From NCBI GenBank assembly GCA_963845085.1, contig CAWJQI010000004.1, forward strand, positions 608,001 to 672,000: a stretch of 64,000 bases of DNA, given 5' to 3'. Below, piece by piece: positions 50,297 to 59,981 of this stretch. Below the pieces are notes generated by a model. That model was not told the origin of the DNA. It saw nothing but the letters and a program-made list of their open reading frames with translations, and ran no database searches. Positions within the stretch are counted from its first letter, which is position 1. Each line of letters starts with the position of its first letter. Position numbers and translations under genes: made by a program. The stretch is from Candidatus Fermentibacterota bacterium. Lineage in GTDB: Bacteria > Fermentibacterota > Fermentibacteria > Fermentibacterales > JCC-6.

Positions 50297-50965
50297 TTAA
50301 AGACCCAGGAACTTGATTGTTCCGCCGCAGAGCAGCACCGTGAACCCGGCGATCGCGTGGGAGTATCGCTGCAATCCCTTCAGGGGCAGCACCTTGAGGC
50401 CAAGGGAAGCGCTCAGAACCAGCGACATCATCGTTCCTATGGTCACAACTGAGAACACTCCCGCTATAAGGACTGTGTAACCCAGGCCGGCGCTGGTTGC
50501 CGCAGGGTACATGAGTATTGGAATGAGGGGCTCGCAGGGGCCAAAAACGAAGATGGTGAAGAGGACCCATGGGGTTAGTTTCCTGCCGTGGTCGTGCCGG
50601 TGACCGTCCTCATCCGCATGCAAGTGGGTGTGGGGTCTGTTCCTTATTGCCCTGTGAACCCCCCAGACCATGTAGGTGAAACCAAAAGCCAGAAGCAGCC
50701 AGGCGGCCAGGTCTCCCCTTGCTGCCTCAATGGACTCCAGCTTGATAACCTCGATACCTAGCAGGACACCCGCGAAGCCAAGGACCACAGAGCTCAATAC
50801 ATGGCCCAGACCACACAGGAAAGTCACCCGTGCAGTCTTTCCCGTAGTCCACTCCCGCGCTTTGGCCATTACAATGAAGGGCAGGTAATGATCGGGACCG
50901 AGTATGGTGTGAAGAAAGCCGATTGAGGCAGCAGTGACAAGCAGAATCCTGATCTCGTTAGGCAT
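50297..50965 (-). CDS. Nickel/cobalt transporter-like membrane protein (NiCoT/RcnA/UreH-like)
   Basis: LHTILGPDHYLP, His-rich loop HTHLHADEDGHRHDH, GPCE motif. Confidence 0.8.
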   Translation of the reverse strand: MPNEIRILLVTAASIGFLHTILGPDHYLPFIVMAKAREWTTGKTARVTFLCGLGHVLSSVVLGFAGVLLGIEVIKLESIEAARGDLAAWLLLAFGFTYMVWGVHRAIRNRPHTHLHADEDGHRHDHGRKLTPWVLFTIFVFGPCEPLIPILMYPAATSAGLGYTVLIAGVFSVVTIGTMMSLVLSASLGLKVLPLKGLQRYSHAIAGFTVLLCGGTIKFLGL

Positions 50966-51112
50966 GCTTCCCTTTCATGGAGTTCAGTCTTCCGTCGCTT
51001 AGGGATCTAGGAAAGACATAAGAACAAACGAAGGTGGAAACACACGATCAAGCATCTCAGTCAGCCCGCTTTCGAGGATTCGTGAACTCATGGGCGTTCC
51101 GCTGCGGCACCG

Positions 51113-51607
51113 TCACAACAGCAGGGGGTTCCCCCGCCAGAGGGCATAGGTGAGTGCCGTGGCGAAACCGACCCAGAGAAGGTAGGGAACGAGAAGCCAG
51201 GCCGCAGCATGGGAGACCTTCCGGAACTCCAGAATGGTTCGGAGTATTAGAATCCAGAGGATCAAGATCTCTCCCAGCGCCAGCGCTCCGAGGCGCCAGA
51301 CGAAGAAGAGCCATGTCCAGAGGGCATTGAGTGCAAGCTGGACCAGGAACAGCTTCAGAGCTGGGTTTGTGCTCCGCAAACCCACCTTCCGCCAGACCAG
51401 CCAGGCTGCTATTCCCATAAGAAGGTAGAGGATGGTCCAGACAGGGCCGAAGAGCCACGATGGGGGCGCCCATGCAGGACGGGTCAGCTCGAGGTAGAAC
51501 CCTCCCGCATTTACTGATGCAAGACCTCCCAGGGCGGCCGCGATAAAACTGACCAGAATCCACAAAACAAGAGACGCCATCTGGCGGAAAAGACTTCCCT
51601 GTGGCAT
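51113..51607 (-). CDS. tspO: TspO/MBR family tryptophan-rich sensory protein
   Basis: PAWAPPSWLFGPVWTILY, QLALNALWTWLFF, PYLLWVGFA. Confidence 0.92.
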   Translation of the reverse strand: MPQGSLFRQMASLVLWILVSFIAAALGGLASVNAGGFYLELTRPAWAPPSWLFGPVWTILYLLMGIAAWLVWRKVGLRSTNPALKLFLVQLALNALWTWLFFVWRLGALALGEILILWILILRTILEFRKVSHAAAWLLVPYLLWVGFATALTYALWRGNPLLL

Positions 51608-51649
51608 TCGATACTCCCTTGTGGTTGAACCGGCCCACACTGCCATCAG

Positions 51650-51958
51650 TAGATATTTAATAGAATACACTTCCCTGGAAGCATGGTTGTCGATACTTCT
51701 CCGGCGGCAAGCCTTTAACGGAGTCATGGGGTCGCTGCTCGTTATACTCAGTGATCAACCTCTCCGATATTCTCCTAAAATGATCCAGGCTCTCGCAGGT
51801 ATGCGTCAAGAACCTCGTCCCTGTAGGTCCTGTTGAATCTCTCGATGAAGGCGTTATGAAGCGCCTGCCGTTTTCGAGAGTGTCATGCATGAAGTTCTGT
51901 GACCGAACACGTTGGGCTCTGCCGGCGCTTCCAAGGGCAACGGGTCCCTTACCCTTTA
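51650..51958 (-). mobile_element. IS3-family orfB (transposase) remnant, internally deleted
   Basis: PLPLEAPAEPN..NFMHDTLENGRRF and SLDHFRRISERLITEYNEQRPHDSVKGLPP match IS3/IS407 orfB motifs; DDE core between them is missing. Confidence 0.78.
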
Positions 51959-52053
51959 TTTACAACAGACATTTGGATATTGTTTTCTCTGCGTGCATGC
52001 ATGATGCGTGAGCCTGAACTGCAAGTACTCCGGCAGCCGGGATCACTGAGGGG

Positions 52054-52893
52054 ATGGAGGCCGTAATGACATTGTCGAGGATCCTTATCTGCGCCACCTT
52101 CTATTCGGCAGTCAATTCACTCTTTGCAGACACCACCCATGGTTTGCCTTCCAGTGATATGGCGATTGTTTTTGCCGATTCGGCCCGCTTCTACTCCGAA
52201 CCCTCGAATGATTCCGGGCTTCTTTGCAGCCTGTCGCCCGGCACTCCGGTTCATGAGCTTGTCAGTACCGGAATCAGCGCCAGACAGAACGGGATTCTCT
52301 CACCATGGATGAGCGGAGTCTGCGAGATCGATGGCGTAAGACGGAACGGCTTCATTCTGATGGCCGACCTCGCACTTACGGAACTCAACCTGGGCAATGA
52401 CACCCTCTTCCTTTTCGGGCTCGATTCACTTCGAACGGCCGGCTTCAGCTTCTGGGGTCATGCAGAGACGGTTGTCGGGGGCAATGTGCTGCAGCGCATA
52501 CAATTATCCACACCCATCGGTTTTCAGAATGACGGAGGGTTTTACTATTCGGTTTCATCCCGCCTGCTTGATCATGAGCAGTTTCCGGATATGGATTGCT
52601 TGCTGGTCCTTGGATTCGATTATCCGGCATGCGGCTATGTGAACAGTCAGGTTCTGTTCGCGTGGTCGGACCGGTCACTTGTAATGGGTCCTTCTGCAGA
52701 CTGGGTGGCTGAAGCGGGGCTTTTTCACACAATAGAGGAGTTCCTGTTCCCGGGAGATGGCGGAACGACTCCAGGCATACTGGGGGTGTCTTTCTATCAT
52801 GAGAGATACAATGACGGGGCTTACAATGAGATGATTGTCGAGAGCGATACTACATGGTATGAGTGGACGGGCGCTTCCTTCAGTGAGTTGTGA
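52054..52893 (+). CDS. Hypothetical exported protein, possible N-terminal SH3-like domain
   Basis: Signal-like N-terminus; ADSARFYSEPS..S.....L..GT.V pattern. Confidence 0.6.
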   Translation: MEAVMTLSRILICATFYSAVNSLFADTTHGLPSSDMAIVFADSARFYSEPSNDSGLLCSLSPGTPVHELVSTGISARQNGILSPWMSGVCEIDGVRRNGFILMADLALTELNLGNDTLFLFGLDSLRTAGFSFWGHAETVVGGNVLQRIQLSTPIGFQNDGGFYYSVSSRLLDHEQFPDMDCLLVLGFDYPACGYVNSQVLFAWSDRSLVMGPSADWVAEAGLFHTIEEFLFPGDGGTTPGILGVSFYHERYNDGAYNEMIVESDTTWYEWTGASFSEL

Positions 52894-52992
52894 TTGGAAA
52901 TGCAATTACACTGCAATAATGGTGAACTTCTGTAGTTTCCTGCACGATCGGCGTAATGATTGCCTGTGCATGATGAAATGTCAGGCTGGCGA

Positions 52993-55314
52993 TTAACGCT
53001 TCGGCTTCGGTTCAGACCGGTCGCCGTTGTTTCCATCAAGGGTTTCCCTGATCCTGGTTCCCAGATCTGACATTCCGTAGGGTTTGCCAATGAATCCCCC
53101 GGCGCCTGAAGCCAGGGCCAGACAGGAATGGTCTTCCTCCATGTATCCGCTCGAGACCAGGATTCTGGTGGACCGGTTCCGCTCCAGTATCCTGTGAAGG
53201 CACTGCATACCTCCCATCCCTGGCATGTTGAGGTCAAGAAGGACCAGATCGGGGACTCTCTCCAGGTTGTCTATGATCCCCAGCGCCGATTCGCCATCTC
53301 CGGCAAGAAGCACTACGTAACCAAGTGATTCAAGGTACTCACGGGTTAGTTCAAGTATGTCCGGTTCATCATCCACAACAATAATCACCTCGCTGCGGCC
53401 CCTGGGTGAATCGGTTCAGCCACTGTTCTCGGCTGAGTGTGAACCTTCCAGTGCAGGCCATAAAATGTGAAGGTGGTTCCCTTCCCGGGTTCGCTCCTGC
53501 ATTGGATGTATCCTCCATGGGCTTTCACTATGCCGTAGGCTGTAGACAGTCCCAGACCCGTTCCCCTCCCTGCCTCCTTGGTTGTGAAGAAGGGATCGAA
53601 CACATGGCTCAGGACTTCCGCGCTCATGCCGCATCCCGTGTCGGTCACAGCAAGAACCACAAAGCGCCCCGGGGGCATTTCATCAAACCCGCCGGCTGTA
53701 TCAGGGGAGCAAAGAAGGTTCCTGGTTTCCACCAACAGCTTTCCGTCACCGGCCATGGCATCCACTGCGTTTGCGCCCAGATTCAGAAGCATGCTCAATC
53801 TGAACAGGATCGGCAGCCACAGGCACAGGTTGTTTTCCAGACGGCTCTCGATCCGGATCATTTTCGGAATTGTACTATCAAGGATCCGAAGGGATTCCCG
53901 CACCTCGCTGTTCAGATCGAGGGGGGTCCTCTGAGCAATTGCCTTACGTCCGAAAAGAAGGAGTTGCTGAACCAGTTTCCCCGCCCGTGTGATCGATCTG
54001 GATGCTGCTCTTAGCCTTGCCGCATCCGGATGTTTTGGTCGCTTCCTGGCAAGCAGGACCTCGATGTTTCCACCGACTATCTGCAGAAGGTTGTTGAAGT
54101 CATGAGCGACTCCGCCGGCCAGTATCCCCAGAGACTCCATCTTCTGTGCCTGGAAAAGGCTCTTCTGAAGCCTGTCCCTTTCCTCCTCGGACTTCTTCCG
54201 CTCCGTTATGTCCCGGTCGAATGCGATTCCCAGAAAGCGCCCCTTGTACTCGATGTAGTTGGTTGTAACCTCCACGGGAAAAAGCCCGCCATCCCTGGTC
54301 CTGTGGCGTCCTTCGAATGTCATCTTGCCAAGCCGTTTCATATCCTTTTTGTGCTGTTCCCAGGCGGACTCGTGGAAGTCGGGGTCCACATCGAACACCC
54401 TCATGCAGAGCAACTCCTCACGGGTGAATCCCATCGATGAGCATGCGGCCTCGTTTGCGTAGATCAGTTTTCCCTGGTCATCCACCCACAGGATGCTGTC
54501 CGCGGCCTTGTCCATGGCAAACTGTGTCAGGCGCAGGGATTCATTCGAAAGCCTGTTGGTGGCAACATCCCGAATTACCAGCATGAAGTGGGGTTCGCCC
54601 TCCAACAGAAGTGAACGGGCAGAGAGGACACCCTCCCGCAGTTCTCCCAGGCTGTTCCTGAAAGTGAACTCCCTGTCGAGAACATCGTGTCCGCTCCCGA
54701 GATTGGACACCAGATCAGTGAAATCCTCGGGGTCGGGCCAAAGACCCAGTTTCAGAGAGCTTGCTCCCACAACGGTTTCACGGCTCCAACCGGTGGCCTC
54801 GTGGAACCCTTCGTTGACATCGATTACCACCGAATCCGACATGCGCACGATGGCAAAGCAGTCAGGCACCGTCATGAATACCCGGGAAAATTTTTCTTCG
54901 GCCTGCCTTCTTTCGGTTATGTCGGAAACGAATCCATGCAGCAGACGCCGCCCTGTTTCGTCGGGCTCCATGAATGTTTTAATGGACACCCAGATAACGG
55001 AACCGTTCCTTCTTATCATTCTGCACTCATGACCGGACACCGCCTGGCTGAACTCCAGGAGTTGAAGCAGAGTTTTTCTGTCTTCAGGATCGCTGTAGAG
55101 CTGTCTGCCCAGATCGGTGATGGATTCTACCATCCGCTGCGGATTCTCGTAGCCGAAAAGACTTGCCAAGTATTCGTTTGCGTACAGCAGGTTTCCATCG
55201 GAAGTGGAGGTAAAAACTACCAACGGGAACCTTCATCAGCAGGTCGCTGCACGTGTTCGGATGGTAAACCGGCGGCTTGGGCAGGCAATCTTTCCTTATG
55301 CGTCCATCCGTCAT
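52993..55314 (-). pseudogene. Multi-PAS hybrid histidine kinase with several frameshifts
   Basis: LAGGVAHDFNN, NAVDAM, GTGLGL; receiver (VVDDE...LLDLNMP...KPY) in a separate frame; breaks near 55220, 53820/53790, 53465. Confidence 0.8.
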
Positions 55315-55954
55315 CTGGACTCCTCCGCGCCGGAGAACAGACCTGGCATCTTATCCGGAACAACTGCCAGATGTCTGCCATCATTCGCAGGCAGACCAAG
55401 GACGTTGCCAGGCAGGATTCCACATGTGCTTCTCAAGCCAAAATAAACCTAAAGCCCAGCATGGTCAACCATATTGTGCACCGTTCAGCATTGACGGAAG
55501 GGTCCGGGGGCTGGTCTTAATCCAGCCCTCCGAGAATGCTCTGACCAAGCTGTCTTGGTGCTATGGTGCAGATGGCAAATTGGTGTGACAACGACAATTC
55601 ATTTTTACCCACTTGCTGGCTTCCCCGTTTGGTAATCACTTCTTAGAGTGACACTTACCGCCATCTGCGCCTTTCCTATAAATCGACTCTGCAGGTTTGG
55701 GGACCTTTGTTGCAGAGTTCATACTCCTGCCAGCGGCAACCCAATTATCCCCAGTTGTGGAATTTGAATTCTCCCCACCTCGGTTGTTGACTCCCGATTC
55801 TTCCGCATGGTGAAGTTTGCAAAACTGTCCCGTGGCACGGATGGCCTTACAGACAGCTTTTACACGTGTTGTCCTTTTTAGTTATTTTGACTATATTTGT
55901 GTGAGTTAATAATGACTCATTGCCCGAGATGGCAAATTCGAAAAGGGGGTTGAC

Positions 55955-56416
55955 ATGAAATTGGTAATTCTGATGGTGGCATTACTTGTAACTGCTGCCT
56001 CCGCTCAGATGAGCGGAACGGGTATCGGAATCATCGTGGGGGAGCCAACGGGGCTCAGCCTGAAAAGCTGGCTTTCAGCCAAATCCGCAATAACAGTAGG
56101 TGCCGCATGGTCGTTCCGGAATGATGGAAGCCTTCTGGTCTGGGCGGACTACACACTTCACTCATTCAACATCACAGGGTCCTCCGACCCAACCAGTCTT
56201 GCATTCTACTACGGCATCGGCGGTAAAGTCGGCTTCGTCGACAAGGATGAGAACGACAACGAAACAGTTATCGGTGCCCGTGTCCCTCTCGGCCTCATGC
56301 TTCCCATTGGGGACGCTCCTGTCGAGGTCTTCCTCGAAGTGGTGCCCACGGTCGACTTGTCCCCCGACACTGATTTTGGATTGAATGGCGGCATTGGAGT
56401 TCACTTCTTCTTCTGA
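55955..56416 (+). CDS. Small outer-membrane beta-barrel protein
   Basis: Signal peptide; GIGIIVGEPTGLSLK; GARVPLG; EVFLE; C-terminal GIGVHFFF. Confidence 0.82.
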   Translation: MKLVILMVALLVTAASAQMSGTGIGIIVGEPTGLSLKSWLSAKSAITVGAAWSFRNDGSLLVWADYTLHSFNITGSSDPTSLAFYYGIGGKVGFVDKDENDNETVIGARVPLGLMLPIGDAPVEVFLEVVPTVDLSPDTDFGLNGGIGVHFFF

Positions 56417-56484
56417 CACCCCGGCAGCCAAGTGAACTGACTCCCGGTTGTGTTTCCCTGCATTCTGGAAAGGAAGTGACTGAG

Positions 56485-56625
56485 ATGCTCGAGACAATTC
56501 TGATCATACTGGTGATAGCGTGGGCATTGGGGTTCTTTGCCTTCCACATTGGTGGCGGGCTTATCCACACGCTTCTTGTGATCGCCCTTGTGGTCTTCAT
56601 CTTCCGCATGATCCGCCGTCGATGA
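56485..56625 (+). CDS. lmo0937-family small membrane protein (46 aa, below ORF-track cutoff)
   Basis: MLETILIILVIAWALGFFAFHIGGGLIHTLLVIALVVFIFRMIRRR; AGGAAG SD. Confidence 0.85.
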   Translation: MLETILIILVIAWALGFFAFHIGGGLIHTLLVIALVVFIFRMIRRR

Positions 56626-56696
56626 ACCACGCCGAGCTCGAATAGCAGCAAGCTCTTCGGCCCATCGGGACAACCTCCGTTCGCCTGGCAACCGTA

Positions 56697-56786
56697 ATGG
56701 AGGCTCCCGAAGGAAGTGTTCCTCTTATCCTTGCTGACGACCAGATCGCCAATGTTGAACTGCTTGCGAGATTTTCACCAAACTGA
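56697..56786 (+). pseudogene. Fragment of a response-regulator receiver domain
   Basis: MEAPEGSVPLILADDQIANVELLAR..* resembles receiver beta1-alpha1. Confidence 0.45.
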
Positions 56787-56943
56787 ACCATCCGTTATGT
56801 CATCCTGGAAATGTCACAAAAGGTGTCTGCCTGATGAGTAAGCCTGGGAATGCCCTCCCACGCAGTGTCAGTTGTGTTTATTCTACACATGCTTGATGAT
56901 TCAGCCTGCATGATTGTAGCAGTATGTTGAACGGAGGGCTGCT

Positions 56944-57426
56944 GTGGGAACAGGTCAGATCCTGATGATGGTGGTCATTCTCGGGGGGCTCGGCGCTTAC
57001 TGGTGGTTCAAGTTCGGGCGCCATGGCGCCGAAGGGTATTACCAGAAGATGTTCGGGCTTCGCGAGGGCGAGCAGGTAACGTCCATGTGGGTTTGCTACT
57101 ATGACATAGACCGTACGACGGGTGAGAAGGTCGGGGAATTACTCGGAATGCACACCCGAGGAATAAACGTGATGATGGCCCTGACCAGCCTAAACCGCAT
57201 GGTGATCGGCGACAACGAGAAGAACAATCCTCCAATGGGCTTCGAGCGGGGACAGGTGGCGGTCAGCGAGTACCCGAAAAAGGCGGAGATGAATACGCTA
57301 GCCGGCCCGACCGGCAAACTGGAACATGCCGTGGTCATGCTGCTGGAACCCAGGGAAGGAAGCCCCTTCCGTCTTCAGATAGCACAGTCGGGGTTCGAGG
57401 CCGTAAGGGATTGGGCGCTGGTGTAG
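56944..57426 (+). CDS. Hypothetical single-pass membrane protein
   Basis: GGAGG SD, GTG start, N-terminal TM. Confidence 0.7.
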   Translation: MGTGQILMMVVILGGLGAYWWFKFGRHGAEGYYQKMFGLREGEQVTSMWVCYYDIDRTTGEKVGELLGMHTRGINVMMALTSLNRMVIGDNEKNNPPMGFERGQVAVSEYPKKAEMNTLAGPTGKLEHAVVMLLEPREGSPFRLQIAQSGFEAVRDWALV

Positions 57427-57500
57427 TCCCACTTCCTTTTTCGGAAGCATGAAGACCCGGAGTTTCGGTTTGGATTCCAGCCCTGGAAACGATGAATTCA

Positions 57501-57533
57501 AAGGAAAAGCCGGGCTCTTGCCCGGCTTTCCTT
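57501..57533. terminator. Bidirectional hairpin between convergent genes
   Basis: AAAGCCGGGC-tctt-GCCCGGCTTT. Confidence 0.78.
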
Positions 57534-57543
57534 ATCGCTTCGG

Positions 57544-59739
57544 CTACCTGACGACCGCAACGCTCCTGACAGCGTCGACGCCATTACCGCTAAACCTCAC
57601 GAAGTAGAGGCCACTTGCGAGGGTCGATGCATCAAGGGAGAGATCATGGCTGCCCTGCTCGATGAAACCGTTGTGAAGGGTTCGGATCAGCCTGCCCTGC
57701 AGATCGAAGAGCTGTACGGTGGCCATTCCGGGGGCAACGGTGGCGAACTGCACCGACGCGGGACCGGAGCAGGGGTTGGGGGAGATGAAGGCCGCTGACC
57801 CGTTGAGCCCACCTTCCGCGATCCCGGTTCCATTGTGCCTCCAGAGGGTGATCTCTGCGTTGGCAAAAGTGAGGAAGCCCTGGTGCCTGTCACCGCTGAA
57901 TACGATGTACCATTCGTCGGTGTGCGGCGCGTAGAACCATACCTGCCCCGAGCTCTCACCCTCGATCAGTTCGTAGCAGTCGAACTCCTCTCCCGCCTGG
58001 TACAGCTCCCAGTTTTCGGAGTCGACTATGAAAAAGTCGGCCGTGCCGCCTTCAATGGGTTCGGCGTACTCTGATCTGGGGTTGGCGTAGTAGTCCCTGC
58101 CGTTCATAAGGTCGGCAGGCAGGTTGAAGTCGACCTGGATCAGGTATTTGGTCCAGCTTCCCCCGGTCTGCTCGGTGCAGGGCAGAACCGGCATGGAGTC
58201 GGGAGGGCTCCAATCGAAGAAGTACTCCTGGTTGGGGATGCTGTTCTCTATAACCTGCTCGTAACCGCCACCGCCAAAAACGCCAAGGGTTGTTGCGATG
58301 TTGAGGTAGTAGTTCTGGCTGTCGCCGAGCTCGAATGTTATCTGGCCGTTTTCGTCGGTCTGCCCCCAGGTGCCCCTGTAGAGATCGCTCGTCATCCAGC
58401 CTTCACTGGCCACCTGCACGGCTGCGTTGTCTACAGGAACTCCCGTTGAATCGGTGACTGTGACAGTCAGGTGGCAGAAGTTGGAGTAGTAGGCCACGTA
58501 GTCATACGTGAAGCCGTCGTTCCTCCAGTACCAGATGCAGCTGCAGTCCTTGCCGCCGGCCATCCTGTCCTTGTCGTAGGCACAGTAGTCATTGCTGAAG
58601 GTATCGACGTACCAGCCGTGCCACGTGCCGTTCCACCATGCCTGGCACCAGACGTGGTCTTCGTTGATGTCCATCACACAGGCCGTGGGTATCAGGGCGA
58701 GGCGCCCCGCAGCACAGAGAAGGTCCTGGTTCTCGCCGCAGTTCCCGTTGTGCTCGTGCGCAATGACATTGGGCTGTATCGGCCTGTTGCCGGTGGCTCC
58801 AGTATCGATGGTCGCCCTGACCCACCCCGTGACTATGTCGACTGCGTGGAGGCTGTCGGAGAACACAACATCGGGAGACCAGCCGTAGCTTTTTGTCTGC
58901 TGGTCCCAGAAGACGAGAACGTTCTCGTTGAGAACCTCGTCGAAGACGGGGTAACCCGCGTCGTCCATGTCCCAGAGGTACTGCCTCCAGAATTCGTTGT
59001 AGACGCTGGCATCGTTGATCGGAGGCTCGTCGGAAACTTTTGGCATCACAACGTAGTGATAGTAGATCTCCTTCGGTATCTCCACCCAGACAGTGTCGCC
59101 ATCGACGATTGTGTTGTACTCGGTCGTGCTGTAGTAGTCGTCTCCCGGGTAGTCAACCACGTTCACATAGCTGAGCAGCTCGTCGTGGTCATAAATGCCC
59201 TGGGCGTTCTGCACCAGCACTTCCTCGTCCCAGTTCGGGTTGGCAAGAATGGTCCAGGAAAGGTTCGCCAGGGTGAAGGCAAGCTCATCGAAATAGGGCT
59301 GCCCCTGATGGGCGAGAAGCAGGGTTCCGTATCGGTCCTGGTTCTCGGCGGACAGAATGGAGTACTTCCAGATGAGGTGTTCCTGCAACCAGGCCGGGGC
59401 AAGATCGACCGTCTGCTGAGCAAGATCGGTCAACTGGATGGCCGGGTTTATATCGAGCGCCTCTCCCCAAAGGTCGGCGAGAACAGGGAAGACCCCGCCA
59501 TTGGCCGGAACTACGAAGCGGCAGTCAACGGTCTCAATCGCTTCGTACTCGGCCGGAGGCTCGAATACGGGTGCCGGGCTGCCGGTTTCCACCGGCAGGG
59601 AGAGGAACGAGGGGAGGGACCTGACAAGGTGTACCGCACTCCCCGTGCACACTACCGGCTCCATCGGAATGGTTATCCCGGGAAGCCGGGCAAGGCAGAC
59701 AGCCGCAGTAATCAGGAAAACCACTGAAAACAGTTTCAT
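57544..59739 (-). CDS. Transglutaminase-like domain protein with T9SS-type CTD
   Basis: Signal; GNCGE...DHVW.QAW...W...D triad pattern; CTD SPNP...FDLQGRLI...SGLYFV...SVAVVR. Confidence 0.82.
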   Translation of the reverse strand: MKLFSVVFLITAAVCLARLPGITIPMEPVVCTGSAVHLVRSLPSFLSLPVETGSPAPVFEPPAEYEAIETVDCRFVVPANGGVFPVLADLWGEALDINPAIQLTDLAQQTVDLAPAWLQEHLIWKYSILSAENQDRYGTLLLAHQGQPYFDELAFTLANLSWTILANPNWDEEVLVQNAQGIYDHDELLSYVNVVDYPGDDYYSTTEYNTIVDGDTVWVEIPKEIYYHYVVMPKVSDEPPINDASVYNEFWRQYLWDMDDAGYPVFDEVLNENVLVFWDQQTKSYGWSPDVVFSDSLHAVDIVTGWVRATIDTGATGNRPIQPNVIAHEHNGNCGENQDLLCAAGRLALIPTACVMDINEDHVWCQAWWNGTWHGWYVDTFSNDYCAYDKDRMAGGKDCSCIWYWRNDGFTYDYVAYYSNFCHLTVTVTDSTGVPVDNAAVQVASEGWMTSDLYRGTWGQTDENGQITFELGDSQNYYLNIATTLGVFGGGGYEQVIENSIPNQEYFFDWSPPDSMPVLPCTEQTGGSWTKYLIQVDFNLPADLMNGRDYYANPRSEYAEPIEGGTADFFIVDSENWELYQAGEEFDCYELIEGESSGQVWFYAPHTDEWYIVFSGDRHQGFLTFANAEITLWRHNGTGIAEGGLNGSAAFISPNPCSGPASVQFATVAPGMATVQLFDLQGRLIRTLHNGFIEQGSHDLSLDASTLASGLYFVRFSGNGVDAVRSVAVVR

Positions 59740-59981
59740 CTCGAACTCCCCTTTCAGGAGGAACGACACCATCATTCGTCAATAAGATACTTTTCAGGAA
59801 ACACAAAGGAAAGACTTGCCGAAGTGCTCTGGCACCTTTGTCACTGCCGGGGGGGAAGGCTCTCCTTCCTCGCGGCGGAAACGCTGACGCTCCGCCGGGC
59901 AAGGTGTTCTCGCCACTCTTCATCATTAGTATATCTGCAACAATTATTGGGCTTCCTACAGGATCCCCGGGAGGGAATGTC

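Noticed and set aside
55560..55950. Possible riboswitch upstream of the small OM barrel (TGAGT-N8-ACTCA and TTGCC-N6-GGCAA inverted repeats)
   Set aside because: No match to c-di-GMP, fluoride, cobalamin or TPP cores that I could verify, and 5-bp repeats are not significant on their own.
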